From Octopus sinensis (taxonomy: Eukaryota), in contig NC_043000.1 of the NCBI RefSeq assembly GCF_006345805.1, positions 111,104,001 to 111,168,000 of the forward strand: DNA of 64,000 bases. Direction: 5' to 3'. The translations under genes and the position numbers were made by a program. Below, piece by piece: positions 14,506 through 27,968 of the stretch (the stretch's first letter is position 1; each line of letters starts with the position of its first letter). The notes under the pieces are model-generated. The model saw nothing but the letters and a program-made list of their open reading frames with translations. It made no database searches and was not told the origin of the DNA.

Positions 14506-17083
14506 GGCCATTTCCATTGCATACAATATACCGGAAGTGAAATCATACGGTTTCCCATTGAATCTGTCCAGAGAACAACTTGTCGGCATTTATAATGGAA
14601 CATTTACCCATTGGAACGACAGTACATTCCTACAAACCAACCCCGGTATAATAATGCCCGCTGCCGAAATACTCGTCCTGGCTCGCCAAAGTAAATCAGG
14701 AACTACCAATATGTTCACGACAGCTCTGAGTGCCTTTGATGCAAACTGGAAACAACAATATGGCGCCTTTTCTGCCGGAACTGTAGACGGCGGTAACACA
14801 CCAGTGAAATGGAATCCACGAGCTGTGAACTATTACGGGAAGAAAAATTCCGGAATGGCAGGAATAATAGCGTCCTTCGAGTATTCAATTGGGTATGTCG
14901 TTGTCAACGAAGCGAAAAAGTTCGACCTGCCGCTTGCAAGAATAGAGAATAGCGCTGGCCATTTTATTTCCCCCGATGATGAAGCTTCGATACAAAAGGC
15001 TTTAGACACGTATTTTCAGAGTTCAATGGGGCGTTCGTTCACAGAAACACTTGTTGATATTCCAGCTGAAGGAATCTATCCAATTCTAGGATTTACATAT
15101 ATGGTTATTCGTCTGAAATACACTGAAAGATGTGAAATTGCTAAAGAGCTTCTTCGCTTTATCCAATGGTTTACAACTGATGACTATGCCAGAACAATTT
15201 GTACCAGAGAAAATATGGTACCAATAACGAATGAACTGAAAGCGAAAATTAAAAGAGAAATATTATTGCATATGCAATGCAATGGAGTCTCGTTGTGGGA
15301 TATGGTGGCAGAAGATAAAAAGAGAGAGAATTACGTGGAAGAGAAATGGAAGACGCCAGTGGCGGTTCTTATTCCTTTATTCTGTCTGCTATTGTTAGCT
15401 TTATTCGGTTACATTATTTACCAAAAGCTGAAGCTCAGAAAAATGATCAACAATAATGAATGGAATATTGCTATCGAGAACATTTTGTTTTATTTCGAAG
15501 ACAAAGGTTACACGAAGAAGTCAAAGATGACGTTTTTTAAATCTATAAGATCGTTCAAATCAATCAATGATATTCCCGACGGTGAAATGATTCTGTCCCA
15601 GATTTTACAATGGCCTGGTCGATGGAAAGGTCAGCAAATTGGAATCAGACTTCTAAATGTGCCAGACTTTGCTCACATAGATCAGAAAACGAAACGGGAA
15701 TTGATATGGATGCGGGAACATATTTTACATTCGAACGTTCTTCGGTTTTATGGCTTAACCGAAATCGATTATAACGACAGGTTTGCCGTTAATGAATATT
15801 GTTCGAAAGGAGTTCTTACCGAAATTCTTCAAGATGGAAAATACAATCTAACCACAGATTTTAAGTTTTCTTTATCTGTCGATATTGTGAGTGGCATGAG
15901 TTACTTACATGCAATGGGTTTAATTCACGGAAACCTACACTCATCTTGTTGTCTGATAGACAGCCGATGGACAGTGAAAATAGCCGATTGGGAATACTGT
16001 CGCCTGTATTCCATCATGAATCCGCTGAAGAATCCGCTGTCATGGAAAAGACAAATTAATGGCGTTCCAGAAGACAAGGATTTTATAGTCAGCGACTTCT
16101 GGGTGGCACCAGAAATATTATCCTCAAACTTTGTGAAATTTCCAACAACTACAAGCGATGTGTATAGTTTCGCCATTATTCTTCAAGAGATATTTAGCCG
16201 AGATGAGCCATACATTGAGTTGGCAGATACTATGAGCATAGATGAAATCTTCAATGCAATTATTTTTAATAATCTTCGTCCTCAAACAAACGAAGATACA
16301 CCCGTACAAGTCCGCCAGATTATGGAGATAGCTTGGTCTTCAATGGCCAATAGTCGGCCGACTTTCGACCAAATTCTTAAAATGCTTAAACATGCAAATC
16401 CATTTCGTAAAAGTGTCTTAGACAGCATGATGGAAGCTATGGAAGAATATACGGAACATTTAGAAATGCGAATCGAAGAAAGAACAAACGAGTTGAATTT
16501 AGCAAAAGAAAGAATGGAGCAACAGCTCAGTCGCTACGTACCAAAGTTCATCTTACCAAATCTCATATCGGATCAACCGTTTCTGGTGAACAATCATCTC
16601 GATAACTGTTTTCTGGGAGTAGAACTGCATGAGTTTAAACAATTCCTTGCTAAAAGACAAATGGATGACGTTGCTGCTGTTTTAAAGAGAATTCATTTTC
16701 TAATTGAAGACAAGACTTCCAAGACGAACGTCTGTCAAATAGCATCGGAAACCTGCACATGGATTTACCTGACTGGAATGGAAAATGAAAGCGACAAAAC
16801 TACCCGCGTGGTTACAATAGCTCACTTAGCATTAGACTGGTTAGGGATTTTTCAAAACAGTGACCCTCACCTACAAGACTTGAAGATCCGTGTTGCGATC
16901 CATATAGGCAATCTACACATTGGTGTAGCAGAGTCTCCGAAAGCTGTTTATGTCTTTGGAACCGGTCTACTTGAAACGAAAGACTTGTTAAATTCGAGTA
17001 AACCTTCCAAAATTCGGATTTCTAAACAAGTCCAAGACATTCTTGCCACTGATAAAACTTTCCATATTGATGAAGATGTAACC
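14506..17083 (+). CDS. Coding exon 2 of 3 (2578 bp): rest of PstS domain, TM helix, kinase-homology domain, signalling helix and degenerate guanylyl/adenylyl cyclase domain
   Basis: TTATTGCAG|G acceptor gives MLPTMAG-AISIAYN in frame. PstS motifs [54 protein letters not shown] at about 15358-15420. rGC-type kinase homology [41 protein letters not shown]. Helix [25 protein letters not shown]. Cyclase-like KIRVAIHIG...VFG...SKIRIS. ACC|GTAAGT donor at 17084 (phase 0). Confidence 0.95.
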
Positions 17084-17121
17084 GTAAGTTCAACTATATA
17101 TATATATACATGTATACACAT

Positions 17122-17190
<69 letters not shown>

Positions 17191-17284
17191 CACACATACA
17201 TACATGTATACATACATGCATGCATACACACACACACACACATATATATATACTCACATGCACACACACACACACACACACATA

Positions 17285-17945
17285 GGAAATAGTGGCACAA
17301 TAAGGCACCAATGTTTGCTGGAAATAGCAGTCGATAACCATACAACCCTATGTAAAGCTTTACTGAATGTAGAGAGGCAAAGATGTGTGCGGGCGGCGAA
17401 CAAAATATTTTTCGTCTTACCGCCAGGAAGAACACCGGATAAATGGACAACCTAGAATAGATAAACTAAGGATCGAGTTTCGGACTTTCCAGAGTACGTT
17501 TGTTATGGCAAACCTTATTAGCCCTCTTCAGCTAGATTCACCGAAGACGAAATTTAAAATATCCGTTACATCAGTGCCTGTATATTCGACAGATACGCCC
17601 AGACATAAACAGAACCGAGATCAGTGAAAAAGTTTTATATAAAAAGTATGAATATTATTGCTATACAATAGTATTATTTTCCAGCTAAATAAAGCACCGT
17701 AAAGGTAGAATTATAAATAGGAAATAGTGGAACAACAAGGCACCAGTGTTTGCTAGAAATAACAGTCGATAACCATACGACGCTATGGTAAAGCTACATT
17801 GAATGTATAGAGGCAAAGATGTGTGCGGGTGGCAAATATAAAAAAAAATTTCGTCTTACTTCTAGAAAGAACGCCGGATAAAAGGACAACCTAGAATAGA
17901 TAACCTGGTACTCGAGTTTCGGACTTACCAGAATACGTTTGTTAT
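17285..17945 (+). repeat. Local direct duplication of about 220 bp (17285-17505 and 17716-17945)
   Basis: ATAGGAAATAGTGG...CAGTCGATAACCATAC...GGACAACCTAGAATAGATAA...TACGTTTGTTAT is present twice with scattered differences. Confidence 0.8.
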
Positions 17946-17958
17946 TTTTTCTATCTGG

Positions 17959-18005
<47 letters not shown>

Positions 18006-18060
18006 CCGGAATAAGCACATAAATGTTGCGGAGGTAGAGTAATATGCTTTTTTATTAAGT

Positions 18061-18202
18061 TGCAAAAACATCCTGAAGATATCACAAAAAACTGCTACTC
18101 AGAGTTTCACGTTCCCGTTCGTCGAATCACAACACCCTGACGAACGGTAACGCGAAACTCTGAGTAGCAGTTCTTTTGTGATATTTTTGAGATATTTTTG
18201 CA
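18061..18202. repeat. Penelope-type foldback repeat (arms of about 63 bp) with a hammerhead-like core
   Basis: Arms 18061-18123 and 18138-18202 are reverse complements with few mismatches; CTGACGA...GAAACTCTGAGTA lies in the right arm. Confidence 0.75.
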
Positions 18203-18240
18203 GCATTCATAATAAAGTATATATATATATATGTTGTATG

Positions 18241-18330
<90 letters not shown>

Positions 18331-18420
18331 GCTGCAATTTTTGCAACTTGTAATAAAGCCTGTCTTTGTATGAAACAATTGTACTAAAAACTAATCCATT
18401 CTTGTTGCTGCTTCTTTCTC

Positions 18421-18511
<91 letters not shown>

Positions 18512-18524
18512 TAGATAGATAGAT

Positions 18525-18566
<42 letters not shown>

Positions 18567-19279
18567 TAGATAGATAGATATAGATATAGATATACATATG
18601 TACATACATACATACATACATACATACATACATACATACATACATCATATATATATAATATAATATATATATATTATATATATATATAATATATGGCGGT
18701 GCCCCAGCATGGCCACAGCTCGTGAGCTGAAACTAGATAAAAATAAATAATAAAAAAAATTTAAAATATATATATATATATATATATAATATATATATAT
18801 ATATATCTATCTATATATATATATATAATATATATAAGTCTACGCACACACACACACATACATGTACGTATGTATTTTAAATGCATGTATGTATACATTT
18901 ATTTATCGGCAATTTTTGTACTATATATGTATCTATGTATATGCGTGTACGTGTATGTATGTGTGTATGCATGCATGCATGCGTGTGTTTGTATGTGTGT
19001 ATATATATATATACGTAGCATTTCGGATTATATGTTTATAAGAAAGCCCCTCAACCAGACGGCTGCAGTGATATGTCAGCGTTTGTAGGAATGTGTGACC
19101 TTGACATATCTCCTCATGATACGGAAGGGTTTCCGGCATTGCGACGGTGTGGTGGTGTGTGGTGTGGTGTGATGGTGTGTGATGTGGGGGAGACGGGCTT
19201 CTTTCAGCTTCCGTCTACCAAATTCACTCATAAGGCTTTGGTCGGCCCGAGGATATAGTAGAAGACACTTGCCTTTCAT

Positions 19280-20013
19280 CTGATGATACGTTGCTGTAGA
19301 GCCGTGCGACGTTTTTTGCGCATGTATTCTAGGTTATCAGACAAAGAGTGTTGCTCAAGGAGCAGCCTTCTAAGTCTTATGATGTTATCAGCCTCATGTA
19401 TGCAAACTTGGTCAAGGGATGCACTTCGACACTCGGTGGTTAAAAGATGTTGCCGAAGAAATATGATGCGACATTCAAAGACATTTTGGATTGATGTTAA
19501 GCCTCAGCCGCCTTCTTTTCGTTTTAGGTAGAGGCGGTTTACGTCACTGTTTATGTGGAAATTATGTTTGCTTCTTAGTATTTTCCGGGTTTTCACATCA
19601 ATGGCTCGGATCTCATCAAGCGTCCAATCAAGCAGCCTCAATGTTGGTATGAGTACTGGCATTGAAAACATATTGTGGGCCACAGTTTTATTGAATGCAG
19701 AGCTCTGAGAATGTATGAATGAATGTTTAAACTTGTTTGAGATTTCTTGGCTCCTTAGTTTTCAATGATTTCCTTGTCTACTATCCTGCACACTGATATG
19801 GCGCGATTGTCTTTCACAAGGTGATTCTTAGAGAAGAGAATATGGAAGAGTTCAGAGTTGCAAATTGGTTTGGCATCTTAAAGACAACAATAAAGATTTT
19901 AAGTTAGATTGATTCATCCTGTCCATATATTTTCCTTACGATAAGGGCTAGAGATTTTGTAACATTTGCAACTCTGAACTCTTCCATATTCTCTTCTCTA
20001 AGAATCACCTTGT
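19280..20013 (-). mobile_element. Degraded R4/Dong-like LINE fragment in intron 2
   Basis: Minus-strand translation gives PVLIPTLRLLDWTLDEIRAIDVKTR and NSDVNRLYLKRKEGG*GL, then ECRII.LRQHL after frameshifts. Confidence 0.7.
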
Positions 20014-21289
20014 ACACACGCTCATAGAGCGATTTTACAAATATACACACTGGCAGAAACATACCTTTAGCTCATATAAGTGATTTTGCCAGTCTTTATA
20101 GTTTGAACAGTTAGTTTAACTTGCACTTTACTTCAATAGAGAAATTTATTTCTAAGCCTTTGTACATTTTGTCAACCAACGTATCCCTCTCTATTTGTTC
20201 TCTACTTATTATTCCTTTAACCCTTCTCTTCCTACTATCTGCCTTTGATGTCAAATCTACTAACGGTTTTTTTAAATACTTAATAACGTTCTGTTTATCA
20301 TTTAGGCAGTCATTGTAATTGTTATAATGTCTTGTTGTTGAGATAGGCTCTCTTTCTTTCCTGATGAGAAAATTGCATTTTACACCGTTTATTCCTTTGG
20401 AATAAAACCAATGTTGTCTTCGAAACATATGTCGAAAGTAAAAGAATTTTAATAACATCTTCGTTCAACTCCATTTATTTACTTATATATGTATATATAT
20501 ATATATATATACATACATTCACACTACGCAAGCTCGCTCACACACACTCAGACACATTTATCTGTTTGTGTGCGTATGTGCATATAGAAAGCGTATATGT
20601 TTTAGATTTTTTTTCTTTTGTTGATTGGTGCTAGTGTTCGGGAACGACTTTCTGAAAAAAGAATGAGCTTTTTTTTTGTTTTTTGTTTTTTAAAGAGGTC
20701 TTAATCATCTTTTGAGCAATCATAAATAAATTCATACGAATGTATATATTTCCGCTAGAAAAACAAAAATCGATTCTCTTCAAATGAAGCCTCTTGTGAT
20801 ATTTGTTTTGCACCGACTTACAAATACTCCCTTACCACTCTCGCCGTATCTGAAATATGAACCAATGACTGCTTCATTAGAAACCTGCAGCCAACGGCTT
20901 TATTGTTGACATATTGCAATAATAAAACAAATGAATCACTATTTCTTTTCCCCGATGATCGATATAGAGCGGCGGAATACCGTTTATTCTTGGAGCCATA
21001 AACATTTGTGAAGGGTGGGGAACCAATGTTGTCGGACAAGTCATCATCTCAATTACTTGTTGCAATAGTAATTAATCCCTTTCTTTCTCGATATTTATGT
21101 CAACGATTTTCAGCCCAATTGATTATTATATTCAATAACAAATGATGTTTTGAAATAACGATGAAATACTGTTTGTGATGTTAACATCGTGGTGTCTAAA
21201 ATATGTCTTTTTTATAAAATAGACGTTCATAAAAACAATGCTTAAAACACAATTTTGCTATATTAAAAGAGGAGAGACAAAGAGATTCT

Positions 21290-22015
21290 AAGTATTCGCA
21301 CATTGTAAGGACACTGTTGTAATTCATAGGATGGGTTCGAAACATTATTGTTGATGACAGCGGAATATTGATGCAGTCCATCACAAAAAGCTTCAGATGT
21401 CAGGAAGAATGAGAAGAACATGTGGTGCTCGAGAATATTCGTTACAAGTCGTGTGTAGGGAGGAAAAGCCGATTCATGTTTGAAAAGACACAAGAAAACT
21501 CTTTAATCCGTGTCATGCGGTTACTTAATAAGGTTAAAAACTCACACAAACATGGCATGTATTGGTTCTATCCTGATGAGAGAAAATCCAACCAAGACCA
21601 GATAGTTTGCGCAGATTTTCCTGCACATAACCATCATTAAATTTGCAGCAGCTGTAATGGTTTTAGGAGTGATGAGTAATTTTGGTGCGGGATAAAGTGA
21701 GGTGTTGGAAACAGTTACTAAGGCCTGGATGGATGAAGTACGCGGTGGAAGCCCATACGTACTTTAAGAAGAACCAGTACCTTTTCAACACGCTCATGTA
21801 ATCCATTAATGGACGTCAAGCAATATTTACGATCATAGAACATTACGGGAAAAAGAAATTAATCGATATCTTCATAATACCATAGTTTCAGTGAATGCTA
21901 CCATTGTCCAGGAGATGTCCGAAATTAATCAGGACCATTTAGTGCAGGCATGTCAATGAATCCGCCTCTATGTTGAAGCTGTCATCCAAACAAAAGACGG
22001 ATTCATAGAATAATC
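21290..22015 (+). mobile_element. Tc1/mariner-superfamily (maT/DD37D-like) transposase relic
   Basis: Fragments EVLETVTKAWMDEVRGGSPYV and NATIVQEMSEINQDHLVQACQ*IRLYVEAVIQTKDGFIE* resemble the C-terminal half of such transposases. No TIRs identified. Confidence 0.55.
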
Positions 22016-22218
22016 TCTAGCAAGGACAGCGGCGGCCACGGACGGGAGGTGACAAGGGCAGCGGTGGCGGCGACGGGCGGGCAGGAAAGAAGGAAGAAAA
22101 TGCGAGGATGCGTACGAAATAAACTAAGATAATCCCTCTCTTATGGAATCCATTCATAAATACCAACTCAAGGAATACTGGTGGAATATTCCCAGCAAAA
22201 TTGTCAAATGTAAATACA

Positions 22219-22274
<56 letters not shown>

Positions 22275-23009
22275 ATGTATGCATGTATGTATGTATGTAT
22301 GTATATATGCCGGATATTGTAGTTTGGAACAGGGGGGGGGCAAAGGTATTTGCCATCATAGAGATCAGCTGGCCTGCAGATATAAATATCTCTTTGAAAA
22401 TCAAAGAAAAAGAACATATCTATGGACAACCGCGTCCAAACCTCCAGCTTCTATATCCAGTCTAAGAATTCATATTCATACCAATAATAATTGGAGAACT
22501 AGATTTTGTTAGTAAATGCTTAAAGGAGAATCTGGATTAACTGGGATTTTCAGAGAGAGAAATCGACCGGCTGATTCGTACATTAGAAGTGTAATCTGTG
22601 TGTGGAACAGTAAAAATATGCAAGACTTTTCTCAAGTTTCAAATATGAATTTCTTTGGGATGTAGCTAACATCCCAATGATGGAGCCTTGTATCTTTCTT
22701 GGAAACCGGCTCCCTCCTCAGTGGAAGATTTATAATAATTAGAAAATAGAAGTGGCATACATATACATGCATACATACATATATATATAGATATATGCAC
22801 ACACACACACACACTACTGCACGCGTTTTTTTTCTCTCCTTCTTTCTGTGTTTTTTTTCTCTCTGTGTATCTTTCTGTTGAAGAGCGTAGGCTCGAAACG
22901 TTAAAGACTTGTTTTATTTATATTTCCTGAGCGCCATACTAATACAATTGTTTGTTTGTTTCCCACCTGCCTTCGTCTTTTGTCTATTTTCATAAAGCTT
23001 CCCGTTATA

Positions 23010-23061
<52 letters not shown>

Positions 23062-24574
23062 AAGTAGCATGAAACAATTGTACTACACTACCTTGGACAT
23101 CCTTGTTGCTTATTTTGATTATAATCACCACCATTTGATTTATATGGATAATACCATACAAAATTCTGGTGCCTTTAACTGAATCTAAATTTTGCTGAAC
23201 TTATATATATATATATATATATAGGCGTTTATTAAAAAAACTTTTTCTACGGAAAGAAGTTTTCTTTTGTAGGGACATGTTAACTAAGCGGGCACCAGTT
23301 TTGCGCTGTTATCCTTCGATGATTCTATATATTATTTGCTCGTTTATGTACTAATGTTTTTGGTTGGTTTGTTTTACCACTTTAGTACTTTTCGCATCCG
23401 AAAGTCCAGTTGTCTCTATAGAGACTTCATTCTTTCTGATATAGGAGAAATAATTAATAGTTTATAGAAAACAAGAAATACACATAGAAATATCGTTTTT
23501 TTTAATCATAGTGCAGTCAGTTTATAAGTTCATACATTTTTTCGCCTACGTTACGTTTCGGCCAATTGTTATAGTTCATATGTGCACTTTTACATTATGA
23601 AGTTATACATAAAGCAATGGCCTCTTCTGGGTATATTGGCAGCTATTTTTATGCTTCTCTCGAATGGAGAATTTATTCCGGCTAAATGGTAAGCTTTTAG
23701 TTCTCTTATTTAACTGTGTTGGATGTTGTTTTAAAAATAGTAAAAAATTGACTTTTTGACCCTACTGGTCAAGGGAAAAATCTAGGTCATGCTACTATTC
23801 CACACTTACTAGTTTCTTTGATGAGCGCTTTAATCGTTGTTTTCACCAGTGAAGTCAAGGTCTTCATTTTTTGCCGCTATCAATCGTTTTTTTTTTAAAC
23901 TTAATATATTCTATTACTGCTCTTTCTACTGTATCCCCTACCCACCTCCGACTTTAAGTTTTTCTCGTATAAATGTTATTGATTATAATATTAATTAATA
24001 TATTTTTTATAGAGATTATTAATCTGGCTATATATATCTCACTGTTGTTGTACTATATTTAATTATATTTTGTAATACTTCCTTTGTTGTTCGACTATTG
24101 GTATCATATTTTATCGTGTTGGTAACGTATCGTTGCTGTAATATTTATTATTCGATTGTATTGGATAATTTAAAATAAAGTTTAAAAAAAACATTAATAG
24201 TATATTAAAAAAACAAGCAAATAATATAAATGAGTTTTACGTCAAAGTTGAAGGAGATTAGCTGCTGTTTCTAACCAATGTATAGACTTTGTTATTTGCT
24301 CATAGAAACGATCCATTGTTTTTTTATTTTATTTTATTTTATTCTATGTTTGGCCTAATTTCAGTGATTCAATTGCCATCATTCTCGGACACCAGCTTCA
24401 AAGAATTCAGTCTAAAACACCGGTCCCACCACCTTCCCATTCGTCCAGTGTTGGACTGATATGCAGAGCAGATTTCTGTTTGAATGCACTGGTTTTTCAT
24501 CCTACAGTTAAATAAAGAAATACAAGCCTACAAATACATACACGTATCCGTATGTGTGTTCATATGTGTGTATA

Positions 24575-24611
<37 letters not shown>

Positions 24612-24637
24612 TAACATATACATATGTGTGTCTGTGT

Positions 24638-24719
<82 letters not shown>

Positions 24720-25226
24720 GGCAAAATCATTAGCAAGCCGGACGACATGCATAGTTGCATTTCTTCCATCTTTGCGTCCTGAAATGAAATTCTGCCGATG
24801 ACGACTTTGCCATCGTTACCTTCCGGGGTTGTTAAACAAGAACCACTCAAGCATTGAGGGTCGACGTAATCGACTTAGACTTTGCACCGAAATTGCTGGC
24901 CTTGTGCCAAAATTTGAAGCTAATATTTACATATGTATGTATGAGTTATATCGGCGCAGGAGTGGCTGTATGGTAAGAAGCTTGCTTTCCAACCACATGG
25001 TTCCGGGTACAGATCCACTACGTGGACAGGTGTTTTCTACTACAGCCCCAGGCCAACCAAAGCTTTGTGAGTGGATTTGGTAGACGGAAACTGAAAGAAG
25101 CCTTTGACCGCTAACTCCAAAAGTTTTTTATCCTCTCTCTGTTTATTTCCTCGTGTTCCTTTCTGTTGAAGAGCGTAGGCTCGAAACGCAAAAGACTCTC
25201 TCACCTTGTTATTTATACATCTGTAT

Positions 25227-25308
<82 letters not shown>

Positions 25309-25383
25309 ATAGGAAGCTCCGAATGACCTGTCCTTGTTCCATTTTTTTTGTCTTCTTTATATCTATATCTGTCTATCTATCTA

Positions 25384-25443
<60 letters not shown>

Positions 25444-25618
25444 ATCCAAACATGAAAACACAACAACGCGAGGATGTGGAAAAAATATAGTATTATTGGA
25501 CGCTCAGGAAGGAAGGGAAGATGGAGGGTTTTACGCTTCGAGCGGAGGTCTTTGTCAGAAACATAGGAAAAGGAAAGATCCAGAGAAGGGAAGACGGAGG
25601 AAAAAAATCGCCAACGGT

Positions 25619-25653
<35 letters not shown>

Positions 25654-26646
25654 CACCTTGTTGGTGACCGTCTTGGAATAAGTTCTGCAGGCGACACACA
25701 GTTTTACGAAATGAAGTTGTTGTATTGTAATGATCTTCTTACGCAGACTATAGTGTTGTTTTCCAGCGTCTTGCTAGCCTGGCTGAGGCTTATGTCGTTA
25801 CGTTTATGAATCTTCTGTCTTGTAAGACTCCTGATGGGAAATCGTGTGTTGAAACAAATATTTATTGTATCTCGGAATGTTCTAACATGCGTTTGCGTTT
25901 TTCCTGTTGGTTTCGTTCCCTATATATTCTCTTCTCAGTGTTATGCGTGACTGTCCTTTTTAGTCTTTCAGGCTGTCCCCTTGTTAGTAGTAGTCTTTCT
26001 ACCCTGTTAGTGACCATATGTATGTATTTGTGTGTCTATGTTTGTTTCCGCACTATCGCATGACAACCGATGTTAGTGTGTTTACGTCCCCGTAAACTAG
26101 CAGTTCGGCAAAAGAGTCCGATATAAGTACGAAGCTTACAAAGAATAAATCCTGGGGTCGATTTGTTCGACTGAAGGCGGTGCTCCAGTATGGCTGAAGT
26201 CAAATGACTGAAACAGGAAAAAGAATATAAGATTATATATATATAGGCTTCGATACAGCTACCATTTAACAAATTTCCCTCTGAAGGTCTTGGTCAACTC
26301 GAGATTATAGTATAGTGCTGTACGGTTGAATAGAACTCGTAGCTGTTAGATCGCAGTAACTACTTAATCCAGGCCGTCACACTGGCGACCACGGTATGTA
26401 GGTCCAGCTTTAATATCTCCATCGTTTCAAAACCTTCCCATCGATTACGTTTGATGAATTCACGATTAATAAATACATTTAATCCGTCCACATCGATTGC
26501 TTGTAGCAGAAATGTTACTAATTGAATATCGTGAATAAGAAATTAATCGGCCGAGTTTCCTCAAAACCATTCGTTGTTGTTGCTGTTGTTGCTGTATAGT
26601 ATATGCACACCCACGTACATACACACACAGGCAGATGCACACACGC

Positions 26647-26745
<99 letters not shown>

Positions 26746-27176
26746 TGTTTCTTTATTAGCCACACAGGGCTACACATAGACTGGACAGATTACAAAGTAG
26801 AGCTTTTCTTTTGGGGGAGAAAAAAAAAGAAAAAAGCGAGGTAGGTTTTCGATCAAAAGGGATCGTAAAAGGGAAAGAAGGAAAAAAAGGGAAAGAAAAA
26901 AAAGAAAAAGAAAAAAACGATCAATAGGGATCGTGTATCACAGAAATGTCATGATGTAAAGTGTAAAGGGGGAAGCAGATAAGGTTTATCCGTGGAAAGA
27001 AAAGCCTACGGAAAACACCACGGTAACCTCGGTCAATAATGTTACATGTTACCACATTTGTTTTAAATTTTTCCGGGTTCATAGGATTATGCTCACCCAT
27101 CTTTTTTTAAACATTCGCTACACAAAACTTGCCTCTCTACTCTCACTTTCCTTTTCAAGTGATACTTGAAGAAGTT

Positions 27177-27178
<2 letters not shown>
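26746..27178 (-). mobile_element. 3' end of a Tx1/L1-like LINE, copy 1, embedded in (GATA)n
   Basis: Paralogous to 27412-27968. The minus strand ends GGCTAATAAAGAAACA followed directly by (TATC)n; the 5'-truncated end also abuts (TATC)n. Confidence 0.6.
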
Positions 27179-27243
<65 letters not shown>

Positions 27244-27299
27244 GGATGGATAGGTAGATAGATGGATGGATAGGTAGATAGATAGAGAGAGAGATAAAT

Positions 27300-27344
<45 letters not shown>

Positions 27345-27359
27345 GATAGAGAGATAGAG

Positions 27360-27411
<52 letters not shown>

Positions 27412-27412
<1 letters not shown>

Positions 27413-27968
27413 TGTTTCTTTATTAGCCACACAGGGCTGCACATAGACATAACAAATTACAAGGTAGAGCTTTTCTTTTGGGGGTAAAAGGGATCGTAAA
27501 AGGAAAGAAAGAGGACAAAAAAAGGAGAGGATTTTTTTTTAAAGGGGGGGAGAGGGAAAAAAAGAAAAGGGGAGAGGAAAAAAAAGTTGATCAATAGGGA
27601 TCGTAATCACAGAAATTTCAATATGAAGTATAAAGGGGAGGACAGGTGAGGTTTACCCGTGGAAGGAAAAGCCTACGGAAAAGACCACGGTAACCTCGGT
27701 CAATGAAGTCACATGTTATATTTCTTTTCTTTTTTTTTGCAAATAAGCAACTCTCTGTATTAATTTTTACGGTTCATAGAATCATAGTCAAGGTGGCTTC
27801 GTCATTCATACGTGCCATCCTTGCTACATTCACCCATCTTTTTTTAAAACATTCACTAGACAAAACTTGCCTCTCTACTCTCACTTTCCTCTTCAAGTGA
27901 TACTTGAAGAAGTTGATGAGAGATTGACCAGAGAGGAAAGTGTTTGTCTCTAATCCTTTCAGGCGCAT
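27412..27968 (-). mobile_element. 3' end of a Tx1/L1-like LINE, copy 2, with ORF2 C-terminus
   Basis: ORF 27774..27968 ([37 protein letters not shown]...) resembles a Tx1-clade ORF2 C-terminus. Same 3' UTR, AATAAA and (TATC)n tail as copy 1. Confidence 0.6.

Noticed and set aside
17084-17455. C-terminal part of the 994-aa track ORF ([14 protein letters not shown]...)
   Set aside because: It lies after a consensus GTAAGT donor and translates (AT)n/(AC)n repeats; the cyclase fold is completed instead by the exon at 29632.
20111-21065. Minus-strand ORFs in intron 2 as a nested gene
   Set aside because: No recognisable domain, frames do not join through consistent splice sites, and composition is unremarkable.
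23300-24210. Penelope GIY-YIG/RT coding relic
   Set aside because: Only faint resemblance in broken frames; cannot be supported without a profile search.
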